Below are positions 25,104 through 38,900 of a stretch of 64,000 bases of DNA, in pieces (position 1 is the stretch's first letter; each line of letters begins with the position of its first letter). Position numbers and translations under genes: made by a program. Origin of the DNA: Massalongia carnosa. Lineage: Eukaryota. The stretch is from contig OZ287085.1 of the NCBI GenBank assembly GCA_965645245.1, positions 558,001 to 622,000 on the forward strand. The letters run 5' to 3'. The notes beneath the pieces are model-generated. The model had not been told where the DNA came from. It worked only from the letters and a program-made list of their open reading frames with translations, and ran no database searches.

Positions 25104-26668
25104 CGAGGTAATATTTTAAAGTATTCGGAATGCACTACAATGGTACAATTGCAGGCCGTATGGTCACCGGAGGGGTCCAGGCTTTTTGCAAATAGTTGTT
25201 ATTTATCAACATCGAAATATCTTCATAAAGTTAATTCAATTATATTATGCCAGTTCAAAGGCGAGGTCGTGAAGTGAGTCCATCTACTCGTGGGGCTATA
25301 ACTTATGCTCGAACTCTTCAAAGATTACCTTTAAAAGAAATTCAAGCCCGTACGGGAGTTTTAGTATCAACCATTTCAGATATAGCTCGTCATGCGGAGA
25401 AAAAGGCCCAAATTCATCATGATGACTACATTCATCTCAACAATACGGCTTCCGGATCTCGATCTGGTAGGCCTCCTTTGCTACATCAAGATCAAAATGA
25501 TAGCATGTTAGCGTTGGCCTCTTCTAAGTACTAATAGAGACGAGCTACTTGGATGAATATTGCTCGAGAATGTGAAGTTCAAGCTTCCAAATCAACCGTC
25601 GATAAAGCCTTTCAACAAGCAGGATACGGTCGATATTCGCCTCGCCACAAGCCTAATTTGAATCTCGAAATTGGACAAAAACGATTGAATTAGTGTATAA
25701 CAAAGAAGGATTGGGATATTACATAGATCGGGCTGGGGGTTGGTGATATTTACCGATGAGACGTCGGTGAAATTGGGAAAAATATATGGTTCAATTCATG
25801 TGACTCGTACGATAAATGAAGAGTAGAAGATGGAATGCTGTGAGAAAACCTTTTCTAGTTATTCGACGTTCATGTTTTGGGGTGCTATCGCAATAAATTG
25901 GAACGGTTCCAGTCACTTGTAGCAAAAAGAAGATCGATCCTCAGGAAAGAAAAGACTAAATCGAAGAACTTGCTGCTCTCGATGTCATACGAAAGGTCAT
26001 ACAAAAGAAAGCATATGAGACTCGAAAAGCGGAGCTGCTTCGTCAAAAACGTCAAAGAACTATTGTTTTGTCGAATCCGGGTTATTATCATTGGACTCCC
26101 TGTGCTCTTTCTAAATCGGGAGACATCGATTGGTATCGATATCAAAATTGTATACTTCGGCATTTACTTCTTCCAGCCTATCAGATTTCTAAACAAACAA
26201 GTCCTCAAGCTTTTTTGATGCAGGATGGTGCTTCCAATCATACTTCTGAACAGCAAAAGCCTTTTTTCATCGAGCAAGACATTGTCATATTGGATTGGCC
26301 GGGAAAGAGTCCGGATCTCAATCCCATTGAACATATCTGGGACCTTGTGAAACGACGGATCAGTGATCGAAGACCTTTTATCAAAGGCAGACATGAATTG
26401 GAGTTGACGTGGTTAGATGAATGGAAGAAACTCGACACTGAGAAGGATATTAATCAATTTATTCTCAATCAAATAAAAATAGTGCATCAAGTAATTGACG
26501 CAAAACGTGATAATACTTTTCATAGAAAACTTGTATATTATTGAATCAAGGTAGCAATTATAAATCTCGTCGTCATAAATAGCATCAATTTCTATCTTTG
26601 TATGATTTTCTTCAAGACTACGGTGGCCACTACGGTAGCCATTCCGAATACTTTAAAATATCACCTCC
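25104..26668 (+). mobile_element. Tc1-type DNA transposon with pseudogenised DD34E transposase (25247-26544)
   Basis: TA TSD; ~29-bp TIR CGAGGTAATATTTTAAAGTATTCGGAATG; FTDE, QDGASNH, SPDLNPIEHIW with 34 residues between D and E; internal stops. Confidence 0.92.
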
Positions 26669-26896
26669 TAACAATGATAATAGATAGATTTATTATTTTA
26701 TTAAACGTGATAAATAAAGCAATTAATCGATAAGTTTTAGACGTGATATTATTTTTTTCTTAATGTTATTATGTTTGTCATTTTAATAACTCAAGAATGA
26801 TACGAAAGTATAACGCACGTCTGAAACAGAAATATTAATAATTCAACAAGTTTTTCCGCGTATGTCTTGAATACTCTATTAGATATCGTCAGGAAG

Positions 26897-27168
26897 TGTT
26901 GAAATTGGTATAAGACTATGGCTATAGGGCTATGATAAAAATGGTATGTATGACCGTGATCTTAAGGATGAAGGGTGCTGTTCAGCAGTCTTTGTCCCAT
27001 AACTGGTCCCCATCTGCTAAGCGAGGTGATAAGATTATCTAAGCCGATCTTATCTAATCTCTAGGCTAAGCCTAATACGGCATCTACGGTTTCTGTAGGT
27101 GCTCTTAGGTGCTATGTTCATTGAACTAGTAGGTGTTCACTGTACTGGTAGGAGTTGAATATTCAAAA
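26897..27168 (-). mobile_element. Solo Copia-type LTR V
   Basis: Reverse-complement homolog of 63136-63409; TGTTGA...TTCAAAA; TSD GGAAG/GGATT (degenerate). Confidence 0.75.
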
Positions 27169-27194
27169 GGATTGGATGCTTTATCAGGCTTGAG

Positions 27195-28398
27195 TATGCC
27201 GCGCAACGGATTAAGTTCTCATCACAAAATTTTATTTTCCCTACCGAGTTTTTCTTTGAAAACTCAATCCGAATGTAATACGGATAGCGCTAGAGGGATA
27301 CGTGATCGCCTAGGGCGGTTGCGGGATTAACTAGCATGAGCCAAGCCGTAGTACGAAGTCGCATAGCCGTCGAGGTTGCCACATCGCCACCTTGACACAT
27401 CACTATCTTACCACAACGCCACCTTGCCACACCACTTTGGATTAGTTATTACTACGTTCTAGACTGCTTACAGATCAAACACCTGTCGAGGCCGTGGTGG
27501 TAGATTGCCATGGAGTGTAAGGCGAACTCCTGTAGAGACTAGCCACGAACTCTATATGGAATCTACTGGCCTACTCGGAGCTACTCGATCTCTTGATAGA
27601 TCATGAGTTGTAGCAGGAGGCACGGCTAGCTGGACGCAGCTTGAGCTCGGCCTCCCCGGTGTAAACTTCAGCTTCCACCTTTATTGCTACGCTGGTAGTG
27701 ATGTCGGCTGAATGAACCTACATAACCTTGTGGTCTAGACCTTGTATCTAGAGGCAGGTCCGCAGTATAGAAAGAGATTCAGTCGGAGGTAACGTTCCAC
27801 CGCTACGTTGGTAGTGGTGACGGCGAAATGAAGCTAAATAGCCTCGGCGTCTAGACTTTATGTTTAGAGGCGGGCTAGCAATGTGGCGAGGGATCTAGCC
27901 GGAGGTAGAACTGTTCTACCTTGCAAGGGAAGATCTAGAAGGATTCTCGAGGCTGACTAGATGATCCAGCGAACGTCGAGTTCGTAGATGGATCCTGAGG
28001 GATAATTTGATATAAGGCTATAAGGTCAGATGTGGGTTGCAAGGCTCCCAAGGCTATAGGCTTGGGGTGAGTAGGATAAATACTAGAACGAATTCTGTAG
28101 TATTCGTTAGCAATTAGTCTTTATTCTATGAACAACCTACGTTTGGGTCTCGGACGAGATCTCTTGGTCTAAGCACTTCCATATCCATTAGTTCTTTGGA
28201 TCACGTATAATCTCGGAAACCAGCACGTAGTACCTATCTTCCACCTCTCACGCTGAGTATTTCCCATTTCGAGATCAGTGTCGCTTGTGATTAGCTTACT
28301 GGTCTCGTACCCTATTACACCGAATTTTAAAAAATCATTGGATTCGTCACAAACGAATTGAATTTTCATTAAAGAAATCCGACCAGTTGCACGACGTA
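27195..28398 (+). mobile_element. hAT-type MITE split by LTR Z copy 3
   Basis: TATGCCGCGCAACGG...GTTGCACGACGTA; degenerate TSD GGCTTGAG/GACTTGTT. Confidence 0.75.
27274..28319 (+). mobile_element. Solo LTR Z, copy 3
   Basis: TGTAATA...TATTACA; perfect CCGAA TSD. Confidence 0.92.
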
Positions 28399-28985
28399 GA
28401 CTTGTTTCGATGCAGAGTCTTCGACACTTCTGATCTAATAATGATCATTGAATAGCGCGATAATATTGAATAAAATATTTCTTTTATATCGCTTAAGTCG
28501 ATCGATGATAATGGGAGAAAGAAAATGCTTTTTATTATTTCGACTTTTTTATCGATCGTGTTTGTTGTTTGATTATTAAACTTTAAAGGCGATATTTTAA
28601 ATGCTTTTTTAAATTGACTAACTTTATCTTTGATTTATTTTGTTTATTATAATGTGAACTGTATATCTAAAGATTTACTGAATATCTATCTATAATTTCC
28701 GTAGATGAATTTTTAATGGTTAAATTGGTCGCACGAATCAACTCGAGTGTTGAATCTTCCGCGTTTCGAAGTTAGAATCAATGCAGTTAAACTGCAAGCT
28801 TAGCGTAATGAGTTTAAAATGTCATTTAAAAGATATAGAAAATCTTTAAAAGCAAGCAATGTATTTTTCTTCGTGTTCTTTCTGTTTAATTATCATGTAG
28901 TATAATTCTGTCATGAAACGGCTTCGAACCAAAAGGATCTCGGCCTTATCCGTAGTTGCCCCCTCTATCCTGTCCCTACCTACCG

Positions 28986-29144
28986 TACCGCAGGTTCATT
29001 GGAGCTACCGCAGGTTCATTGGAGCTACCGCAGGTTCATTGGACCTACCCCAGGTTCATTTGAACTACCGCGGGTTCATTGTACCTACCGCGGGTGTATT
29101 GGATCTACCGCAGGTTCATTAGACCTACCACAGGTTCATTGGTC
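28986..29144 (+). repeat. 20-bp tandem array in 5' LTR (8 units; 7 units at 40296-40434)
   Basis: Unit TACCGCAGGTTCATTGGAGC. Confidence 0.9.
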
Positions 29145-30838
29145 AGTGCGCGCTGTTCCAACCTTTCTAGATGCGGTTAGATCGAGTACGGCTCCGCCTC
29201 CGATCTTCGAAACCATAATTACCCGGTCCCCATTAGGTGTCTTCGTATTAACTTAGGAAAAGGAGATGAATAGAGACATCGAAGATCAAGGAAACAAAGG
29301 GGTAAGGAGGTGAGGAACAGATATAAAAGAAGGGGTCGAGTCTCGAAAGTTCTGGCTCCTTGTCCGACGTCTTTAATAGCCAATCTAGCCTAGCTGTAGC
29401 TATAGACTCAGTCAATTAGAAAGCTTGACCATCCAATTCAGTCCCTTGACATTACGTCGGACCTATCCCTCAAAAAGTGCCTTCCGTAGCACTTTTCTCC
29501 ATCCATTCCTTTTTCAACCCAGCCATGTCTTCTCAGGAAGAAAACCCCCCTTATCAGGACGAGCGTGTGAGATTTGTTCAGGAACGTCTTCAATCCAACC
29601 CTCAACAGTTCTTGAACGAAATGGAAGCCATGCCGAACGAATTAGCTCAGCTTCGCGCCGCTGCCAAAACCCCATCCCCGTCCGCTTCCGATCCCCCCGT
29701 CTCGACTCTCAACCCAGCTCTCGCCCCATCCTTGGATCCCCAGATAGCTGCCCTGATGATGCTACTCCTAGCCAGGAACCCCGAACCACGTTCAGAAAAG
29801 CTCCCAGATATTCCGGAATACGACGGGGACGAAGCTCGACTGGACGCCTGGGAACAAAGCCTCATTCAGCGAATGCATATAAACAATGATCGCTATCCCT
29901 CCGACGAATCCAAAATCGCGTATGCAGAAAATCGACTAATCATCGGAAAAACGGCTCACAACCTCATGAACTCCTATCGAGTTGACGGCCTTTGCACACT
30001 GACCTCCTTCTCCGACTGGCGATTCGCTCTTCGTCGTGCCTGTGGCAACCCCTACGAACAAGAAGATGCTCGAAAATATCTCCGAGAAACGTTGAAACAG
30101 GGCAGTATGAGCTTTGAGGAATACTATAACCTGTTCTCCCAAAAGAAGGATCGCTCGAGAATGGAGGACGCCTCTCTGATTGAGGCTATGAAGACAAACG
30201 TCAACTATTCAACTCACTCAGCGGCCCTCATGTATCGGGTTCCGGGTACCAATCGACAACCGATTACCTTCGATGAACACGTCACCATGTGGTTGGAGAC
30301 GGACCGCGGCCTGCGTCAAATTCGTCACCTCGCCCCTAAATCCTCCAACACTACCGCGGGAGTCAATGCTTCGGCCGCCATCACCTCAACGTCCCGAAAG
30401 GGACAATCAACCAATCAGCCCTCGGCAGTCAGAGCTGCTTCTGTCCCTCCTCTTCCACCCCCCCAGCACCTCTGCCCGTCGGCGACCCGATGGATCTTAG
30501 CTCTGCTATGGCCGCAGTCAAGGGCCATTCACTAAAAACCGAGGGAGTTAGGAAGATTTGCGAAGACTGGAAGCTCTGTTTTTATTACAAACGCCAGCAT
30601 CCCGGGAAGTCAGCCATTGACTGTCCCAATAAAAAATCAACTCACCTTCGAACCATGGATCTCATCCCCGAGGGTCCTGATAAAAATCAGGAAAAAGCCT
30701 AGTCCCTGCGCTTAGTCGCGTGCAGGGACCTCCCGTTTTCATCTCTTCTTGTTTAATGGCCAACTCATTTTCCCCTTTTCTAAAGTCTAATACTCGTTTT
30801 TCCGTAGCGTCCGCTTTGGAGCTGTTCGAATCAGATAA

Positions 30839-33800
30839 TGTTGAGTTAAATAAGTAGGTAATAGTATGTGTGGGAAGGATTGATTATTCTATCTAGGTGG
30901 CTATCTACTATGTTTATATAGCTAGATAGATGAGAGATGAATAAGATAGAGAGCAGGCACAGCGGCAGGGCAGGTTTGCTTTGAATCTCCCTGCCGTACC
31001 TCCCTGCCGTACCACCTCATTAGCTAGCCGTGTGCGGATCACTTGAGACGTTATTCCCAAGCCGTTATGTTGCCGTCTGGCACGGCACATAGAATGGCTG
31101 TCTCATCTAACACTCCCATTCAGCCATTCAGTGAGGCTATTTAGAGATTTTTATTAGTGATTTGCCCCATACCCATCATGTTTACGAAAGAGTTGAAAGT
31201 TTTAGAGGGCAATGGCTTAGTCAGCCCATCTGCTACCATTTCGTTAGTACGGATATACTCTAGTTTGACCTTTCCCTCTTTGACTACGTCTCTTATCCAG
31301 TGCCACCTTATTTCGATATGTTTGGTTCTTCGGTGGAATTCAGGATTTTCGGTGAGAGCTATAGCACCTTAATTATCTCCTCGCAGTAGAATTGGTAAAT
31401 TGGCCTCCCGAAATCCCAGTTCGTTGAGAAAACGAGAGCACCATAGAGCTTCCTTGGTAGCCTCTGTTAATGCCATGTATTCTGCTTCGCAAGAGGATAG
31501 CGCCACCGTAGGTTGTAGTTTTGACGAATGAGATATCGGAGCACCTGCTAACATGAAAACATACCCATCGGTAGATCTTCTCCCATCCTTTAGGCCAGCG
31601 AAGTCCGAGTCAGAATAGCCGGTTATATCCTCGTCAGAATCTCTCCGGAAAATCAGACCTCTTGTTAGGGTGCCCGAAATATATCGTAGCACTCTCTGTA
31701 GGTGGTTGCAGTGATCAGCAGCTGGATTGAAGCAATATCTGCTTAGAACTCCCATTGCATAGGCTATATCAGGCCTTGTATGCATGGCTGGCCACATGAG
31801 AGACCCTACCAGAGACTGATACCATGATATAGTCTCTTTATCAGCCTGGTCTTCGGATGGCATGAGAATATTTCCGATTCCAGGCTCCATGGGGGTTGAA
31901 ATAGGCTTGCAATTAGCCATGTTAAACCGTTCGAGGATTTTCTTTAGATAAGTTGTTTGGCGGAGTGCGATAGTAGACCTTTCTTTGCTAATGTCTACCT
32001 CGATGCCTAAATAGTGCGATACTTCACCCAGATCCGTCATCTAGAATCGCGACTTCAATTCAGCTTGGAGTTGCTACAGTTTCAAAGTGTCTTTGCCCAT
32101 GATGAGAAGATCATCCACATAGATGGCAATAAACATGTCTTCGAAAACAAACACTCCATGATCTGATTCGGTGTGTTTGAACCCTATCTTCTGGAGAAAA
32201 TCCAATAGGGTTTGATACCAAACACGAGGAGATTGCTTTAGCCCCTATAGAGCCTTTCGCAACAAGCAGACCTTCTGCTCTCCCCCTGCTACTTCGAACA
32301 GGGTTGGTTGGATGATATATATCTCTTCATCGAGATATCCGTATAAGAAGGCAGTCACAACATCCATGTGTCGAATGGAGAGACCCTTTTTAGCACTGAT
32401 TCCTATCAGTGTCTTGTAGGAGATAGGTTTTACCACGGTGGCAAAGGTGTCTAGGTAATCTAGGCCTTCTTTTTGCTTATATCCATGGACTACCCATCTT
32501 GCTTTATACTTCAATATATCTCCATTTCTATCCGTTTTCAGCTTGAAAACCCACCGTCCTGTGATAGTTTTCTTATCCGTTGGAGCATCGGTTAAAGTCC
32601 AAGTTTCGTTTCCATCAGGGATTGGTACTCAGCTTCCATAGCTTTTCTCCATTCATCCCAGTGGGGGGAGGCCATAGCCTCTCTCATTGTTGCAGCTTCA
32701 TCCTGCCCAGCAGTCTCTGATCCTCTGGCTAGTAGAGCTAGGACTCTTACCATATGCTCGTGGGATTTAGGGGTCTGGGTGCTAGTAAATGTGGTAACTT
32801 TGTTTACCAAATGGCCGTCGTTGGCCACTTTTGGCAGCGATTTCTTCGATATATCGTACCGAATAGTGTCTGCTGCAGGTTTGGAAGGATTTCGTAACCT
32901 TCCGGATCTCCTTGGTGCGGGAATTGAAGGCTGATCTGGGTCAGATTCTTCAGATTCCTGGTCTCGATGATTGGTATCATCATTGGCTACCTCCGGAGCT
33001 GTTTCTCCCATTGGATAAGACTCATTTCGAGGTGTCGTTAGCGATAATCGTTGTTGGCTGTTCAATGAACTAAGGGAATTTGATGCCGGATATAGCGGAG
33101 TGCTATTTTTATGTTTCAGATCTTCAAAGTCATCTGGATCTTGAAAACAACCATCATCATCTTCATCCCATGCTACATCAGCTAGGTCCCAGTCCTTCGT
33201 CTCTTTGGAATCATAGGTGTTCAGCTCATCTACTTGTATATCACGAGAGATGTGAACTTTTCCGGTGCGAGGGTCATAGATTCAAAACTGATTCGTTGCA
33301 TCGTATCCAACAAAGATCCCTTGCCAAGATCTATCATCCAATTTGGTCCTTTTTTCCTTGGGAATATGCACCCACGTCCTCGAACCTATGATCCTTAAGT
33401 GGCTTAAGGTAGGCTTCTCCTTATTGAGGTGCTTATATGGTGTGATTTCATCGACGCCGGGACATCGATTCTTGATGTAGGCAGAGGTTTTGATTACCTC
33501 GCCCCAAAGTGATTTTGGGAGCCTTTTGGCTTTGAGCCAGCTCCTCGTTGGTGCCATCAGGGTGGAATTTTGCCGTTCGGCTCTCCCATTTTGTTCAGGC
33601 ACATATGGAGCTCTGGCCTCCCATTGAATTCCTTCTTCTTTAAAAAAGGTTAGTAGCTTTGTGTTTACATACTCTCCCCCTCCATCCCTCTGACGTGTTT
33701 GATCTTCTGGCCAGATTGCTTCTCTATCCAGGCCTTGAACTGTTTGAACTTGTCAAGTGTTTGGCCTTTGGTCTTCAACAGAAATACCCATACGACGCCC

Positions 33801-35940
33801 GTTGCGTCATCCTTTAGGGTCATGAAATATCTCTCACCGTACCTGGTTGGTGTGTAAGGGCCTCCAAGATCTGTATAAATGATTCCCAGGAATTCTGGAG
33901 CTCGAGATCTTGGGCTCCTGTTTACCAGCCTTTGTTGCCTTCCAACCATGCAATCTCCGCAGATTTATTCCGGAACGGGACCGATGATTGAGGCTCCTGT
34001 GGCCAGTTGGTTGAGCTTCAAAAGGTTGTGATAACCAAGATGCCCCATACGGGCATGCCAGGTTTGGATGGAGATATTCTTGGTTGTTGCGAGAGCGCGA
34101 GAGTTGGGTGTAGTTTGGATAACATACTGGTTATCGATCAGTTTGGCGTGGCCAATTACCTCCTCTTCGTAATAGATTTTGGAGAGTTCTCCCGCCTTTT
34201 GAAGGAAGGTTTCCACTCCCTTTTGTGCTAGCCTAGCAGTGCTGATGAGATTGAAGTTCAGGTCAGGGGTGTACAGAACGTCTGTTAGAACAAACTCTTG
34301 AATACATCCTGTTTCGTTCTTTAAGAATAAAGACAGAGATCCTCTTCCTTCTGTTTTCAGCACCTCTCCGGAGCCTGTTTCCAGTTTATTTGGCATAATG
34401 CGATAGGATCTGGGTTCGAAAAGGTCTTTGTTGCAAAGAGCATGGTCAGTAGCACCAGAATCTATCAATAAATCTACTGGTTTAGAGATAGGGATGGAGC
34501 GGTTGATGGTGCAGAGAAATTTCCTTGTCTGGAAAGTCTTGTTAATATTGGTTTCGGGTGCTTGATATTAGAGCCATTCTCTTCAGCGGTGTCAGGGAAG
34601 ACAAAGGAGTCTTTTGAAGGAGGAGAATGGGTGGTGAGTACGCAGAAGATTTTCTTCCTTTCGACATCCGAGTCATCGTCTTTCTCCTTTCCCCTTTTGC
34701 TATTGCAAGCTCTTTCAATATGCCCTATTATTCCACATCCGGTGCACTTCGTTTTGATGAATTTGCACGTATCGGAATGTTTGTTTCCACACCGATGACA
34801 CTTATCTTTATCATCTAATTTTGTTTCGGTGACCTTACCTTTTCCTTTCTTCTTTACGAAGTTGGCAGTAGCTCCGGTGGTAGTCTTCGTCCGAGATTCT
34901 TCATCTGCCAGGTTTTTAAGAAGGCTGCTTTTGTCAGGGAGCTCCTTGTCCCGGCGAGCATGTTCGTTGATGATGGTGAGATAGGTGGAGAAGCTGGATC
35001 CGAGTCCGTTCAACATTTTGAGAACGATCATATGTTTGATGGTGAGGGCACTATCTATCATCTCGGCCTCGATCTCCTCTATCAGGGCACCATATTCTTC
35101 GATGGACTTGCACTTCTCATAGTTAATCTCATCTAGCCTGTTGAAAGTAGCACACTTCGAGCTCCAATTCTGTAGGGTGTAACGTGCTGCCAGATGTTTC
35201 CAGAGCTTTTGGGGGACTATGATGGTTATATTTCCCAAAATAGAGAGGAATTCAGACTGCACATCCTTGGAGCACATTCTCCCTATTTTGCCTACCACTC
35301 TTTGTTCTTTCTCCTTAAACTCCATCAAATCAAGGCTGTTCTGCCTGATTTCCCGAATGCGAACGTCGTCATCTTTGTCCGTTGGTATCATTATCTCTGG
35401 CTTGATCCTATCTCCCGTTATATAGCCCAGCAGCTCGGCTTCGCTGAGGGCGAACGACATATCGCGAGCCCATTGCTTATAGTTGGTGCTGCCGTTTAGC
35501 TTGGGGAAAGTATAGGGGAGGTCTTCCTTTGCCATCTTGGAGCAAGGGGAGAAAAGCGAATGGAGAGAGAATGGGAATGGTAGTTTTGATATAAAGGAGG
35601 ATAGATAGGGAATCAATCGATACTATTTTAAAAAGGGTGCAGTTAAGTGCAGCCGGGCTCAGAACCTGTTGAGTTAAATAGGTAGGTAATAGTATGTGTG
35701 GGAAGGATTGATTATTCTATCTAGGTGGCTATCTACTATGTTTATATAGCTAGATAGATGAGAGATGAATAAGATAGAGAGCAGGCACAGCGGCAGGGCA
35801 GGTTTGCTTTGAATCTCCCTGCCGTACCTCCCTGCCGTACCACCTCATTAGCTAGCCGTGTGCGGATCACTTGAGACGTTATTCCCAAGCCGTTATGTTG
35901 CCGTCTGGCACGGCACATAGAATGGCTGTCTCATCTAAGA
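30839..35940 (-). mobile_element. Ty1/Copia element B; 274-bp LTRs 30839-31112 and 35667-35940; disrupted gag-pol ~35535-31141
   Basis: GATAA TSD; zinc knuckle CTGCGIIGHIERAC, IDSGATDH, WHARMGH, PEQNGRAER, YKARWVVHG, YVDD, SSCEAEY, ADGLTK; PBS GGTTCTGAGCCC at 35666-35655. Confidence 0.96.
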
Positions 35941-38900
35941 GATAAAACGTTCAAAGACAGCCACATGGTAGTTGCCTGTACTTTACGTTTATCTAGATTC
36001 AGAATTAAAACATTTAACCTTGTCGATTGTGGTGCATCTGGCTACTCATTTATTGATGAAAACTTTGCGCAAATTCATCAAATCCCTCTTCATCCCCTCA
36101 AATATCCTCGACGCCTTGAAGGATTTGACGGCCAGGCAGCCCTGTCCGGAAACATCACCAAGGTGGCCGAAATTATCATGGACCTAGAAGGTCATGTAGA
36201 AAGATTATTTCTATTTGTCACCGGATTAAAACATTACCCAATTGTCCTAGGTCACCCATGGCTTTGACGGCACAATGCTGTAGCTGATTTTGGAAACAAT
36301 ACCCTCACCTTTGCCTCTCCTTTCTGCCTCACTCATTGTTGCCCCCATCCTGTCAAGATTCATGCCATCGAGGAAGAATTCCTCACCCCAGTCGAAAGTC
36401 AGAAAGTCTGGGAGGCTCAGGATGTCAACTCAGTCAAGAAAGTTTTCGAAGACATCACGTCCATGCAAATTATCAGTACGTCGAAAACTTTCCTAAAACA
36501 AGAGAAAAAAAATACCTCTTCAACTAAACAAATCGAGCCCAAAATCGAAACCCCCCTCGAGCCCCTATCAAATGATGAACCGAGCCGTATCGAGAAGACA
36601 ATTCAGCAAGGACTCACTCCGAAAATTCGATATAGAAGTCCTTCTTCACTTCGTACATCTACTCAAAGACGTGCCCAACAGAAAGCACGCAAAAACATCC
36701 CTAGCCTGCAGCTAAACGTCTGCGAAATCGAAGCCGCCTCCTTCAACCGACTAAGTCGGAAGAAAAATCACGATATCTTTGTTCTTTCGATGAAAGAAAT
36801 CGATCGCTTCTTAGGAATGGAAGCCTCACCTAGCCCAGTTCCCAGTCTAGCCCTCAATCAAAGTCCCAGCCTAGTTATCAATTCTAGTCCCAGCCCAACT
36901 TATCAACCATTGTCCCCCCAGTCGAGTCTCAGTGAAAAGGAAATCCATCTAGCCCTATTCAAAATGAATAAAGCCCTAACCTTGCACGCAACCGCTACCC
37001 AGGAGGAATTAGACGAATATCGGGAAAGAAAAAACGTCGATCCAGCTCCTTTTCTGCACAAGCAATATCACGACTTCCTAGATGTTTTTTCAAAGAAAAA
37101 CTCCGACATCCTACCCGATCACCGCCCGTACGATCATGCCATCAAGTTAAAAGAAGGCATTCAGGCCCCTAGTCAGGCTCTTTATGGAATGACTCGCAAT
37201 GAAATCGAGGAGCTTCGTCGCTATCTTGATGAGAATATAGCCAAAGGATTTATTAGAGCTAGTCGTTCTCACGCTGCCTCACCAGTAATGTTCGTCAAAA
37301 AGCCTAGAGGAGGACTTCGCTTTTGTGTTGACTATCGAGGCCTAAATGCCATCACGATAAACAATCGCTATCCGCTACCTCTGATCGTCGAGACACTAAA
37401 TCGATTGTCTAGAGCCAAGATTTTCACCAAGCTAGACATCATCGCCGCCTTCAACAGGCTTCGAATAAAAGAAGGAGATGAAGAACTCACCGCATTTCGC
37501 ACTCGTTTTGGCCTGTTCGAGTCTCTGGTCCTGCCATTCGGTCTGTGCAACGGACCCGCCTCTTTTCAACATTTTATCAATGACACTCTTCGCGAGTATC
37601 TTGACGACTTCTGCACGGCCTATTTAGATGACATTCTCATCTACAGCGATAATGAGCTAGAACACGAGACACACGTCAAGAAAATACTCTCCAGACTTCG
37701 AGACGCTGGGCTGCAGGCCGATATCACCAAGTGCAAATTTCACGTGACCGAAAATGCATACCTAGGGCTGATTGTGACCACAAAGGGAATAAAGATGGAC
37801 CCGGCCAAAGTGGAAACCGTCACGAACTGGCCAATTCCCGTCAATGTGAAAGACGTGCAAAGCTTTTTGGGATTTGCTAACTTTTATAGACGATTCGTGT
37901 ATGGATTTAGCAACATAGCCGGCCCCCTAACCAATCTGACCAAAAAGGAAACGGAATTTCGATGGACTGAAAAATGTCAAACCGCTTTCGAAATCTTGAA
38001 AAAAGCCTTCACCTCCGACGTTATATTGAGACATTTCGATCCGGATCATCCAATAGTCGTAGAAACCGACGCCTCCGACTATGTGTCGGGTGGCATTCTT
38101 TCTCAGTATGATGATAAGGGAGTGCTTTATCCTGTCGCCTACTTTTCCAGAAAACACAATCCGGCTGAATGCAACTATGAGATATATGACAAAGAATTAA
38201 TGGCAATTGTTCGTTGTTTCGAAGAATGGAGATCAGAATTGGAAGGATCTGCATTTCCTATTAACGTCATTTCTGATCATAAAAACCTCGAATACTTTGC
38301 CTCGACCAAACAACTCAGTCGTCGTCAGGTCAGGTGGAGTGGATTTCTTTCTCGTTTTGACTTCAAGATAGTCTACCGACCAGGAAAAGCGGGAGGAAAA
38401 CCGGACGCTTTGACTCGACGATCAGGAGATCTTCCTAAAGAAGGGGATGATACGGACGATCGAAGGCAATATCAGCATCAAACTATTCTAAAAACCGAAA
38501 ACCTAGACGAGGAAATCGCAAAAAGCTATCTTTCTTCCATTCTTCTAGCCCCAGCCTTTCTAAATGACGAAGAACCTCACCCCGAAGAATCTCAGCTAGA
38601 CGAGGGCCCAATCAATCCAGATGAGGATATTCCCACTCAGGTTCTTTGGGAACAAGCCCTCGCAGGAGATCAATTCGCACCCAGAATTCTAGAAGCTCTT
38701 CGCAATAACGAAAGACATCATAATCAAATTCAGCTAGCAGAATGCGAAGACAGAGAAGGTGTCCTATATTTTCGGAATAAGAAATATGTGCCTCGATCAG
38801 ACCGCCTACGACTTCGTATCATTTAACTTGCCCACGATAGCGTCGCCGGAGGACATCCAGGCCGTTCCAAATGTCACGAATTGGTAATTCGAACACATTG

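Larger units (their letters stand above)
26700..28895 (-). pseudogene. Hypermutated Tad1-like LINE relic hosting LTR, MITE and LTR Z
   Basis: 26810-26896, 27170-27194 and 28407-28600 align by eye with 21520-21840, mostly by C->T/G->A changes. Confidence 0.75.

Noticed and set aside
28986..29144. CRISPR-like regular repeats
   Set aside because: Head-to-tail 20-mers without unique spacers, inside an LTR of a eukaryotic retroelement; no cas genes
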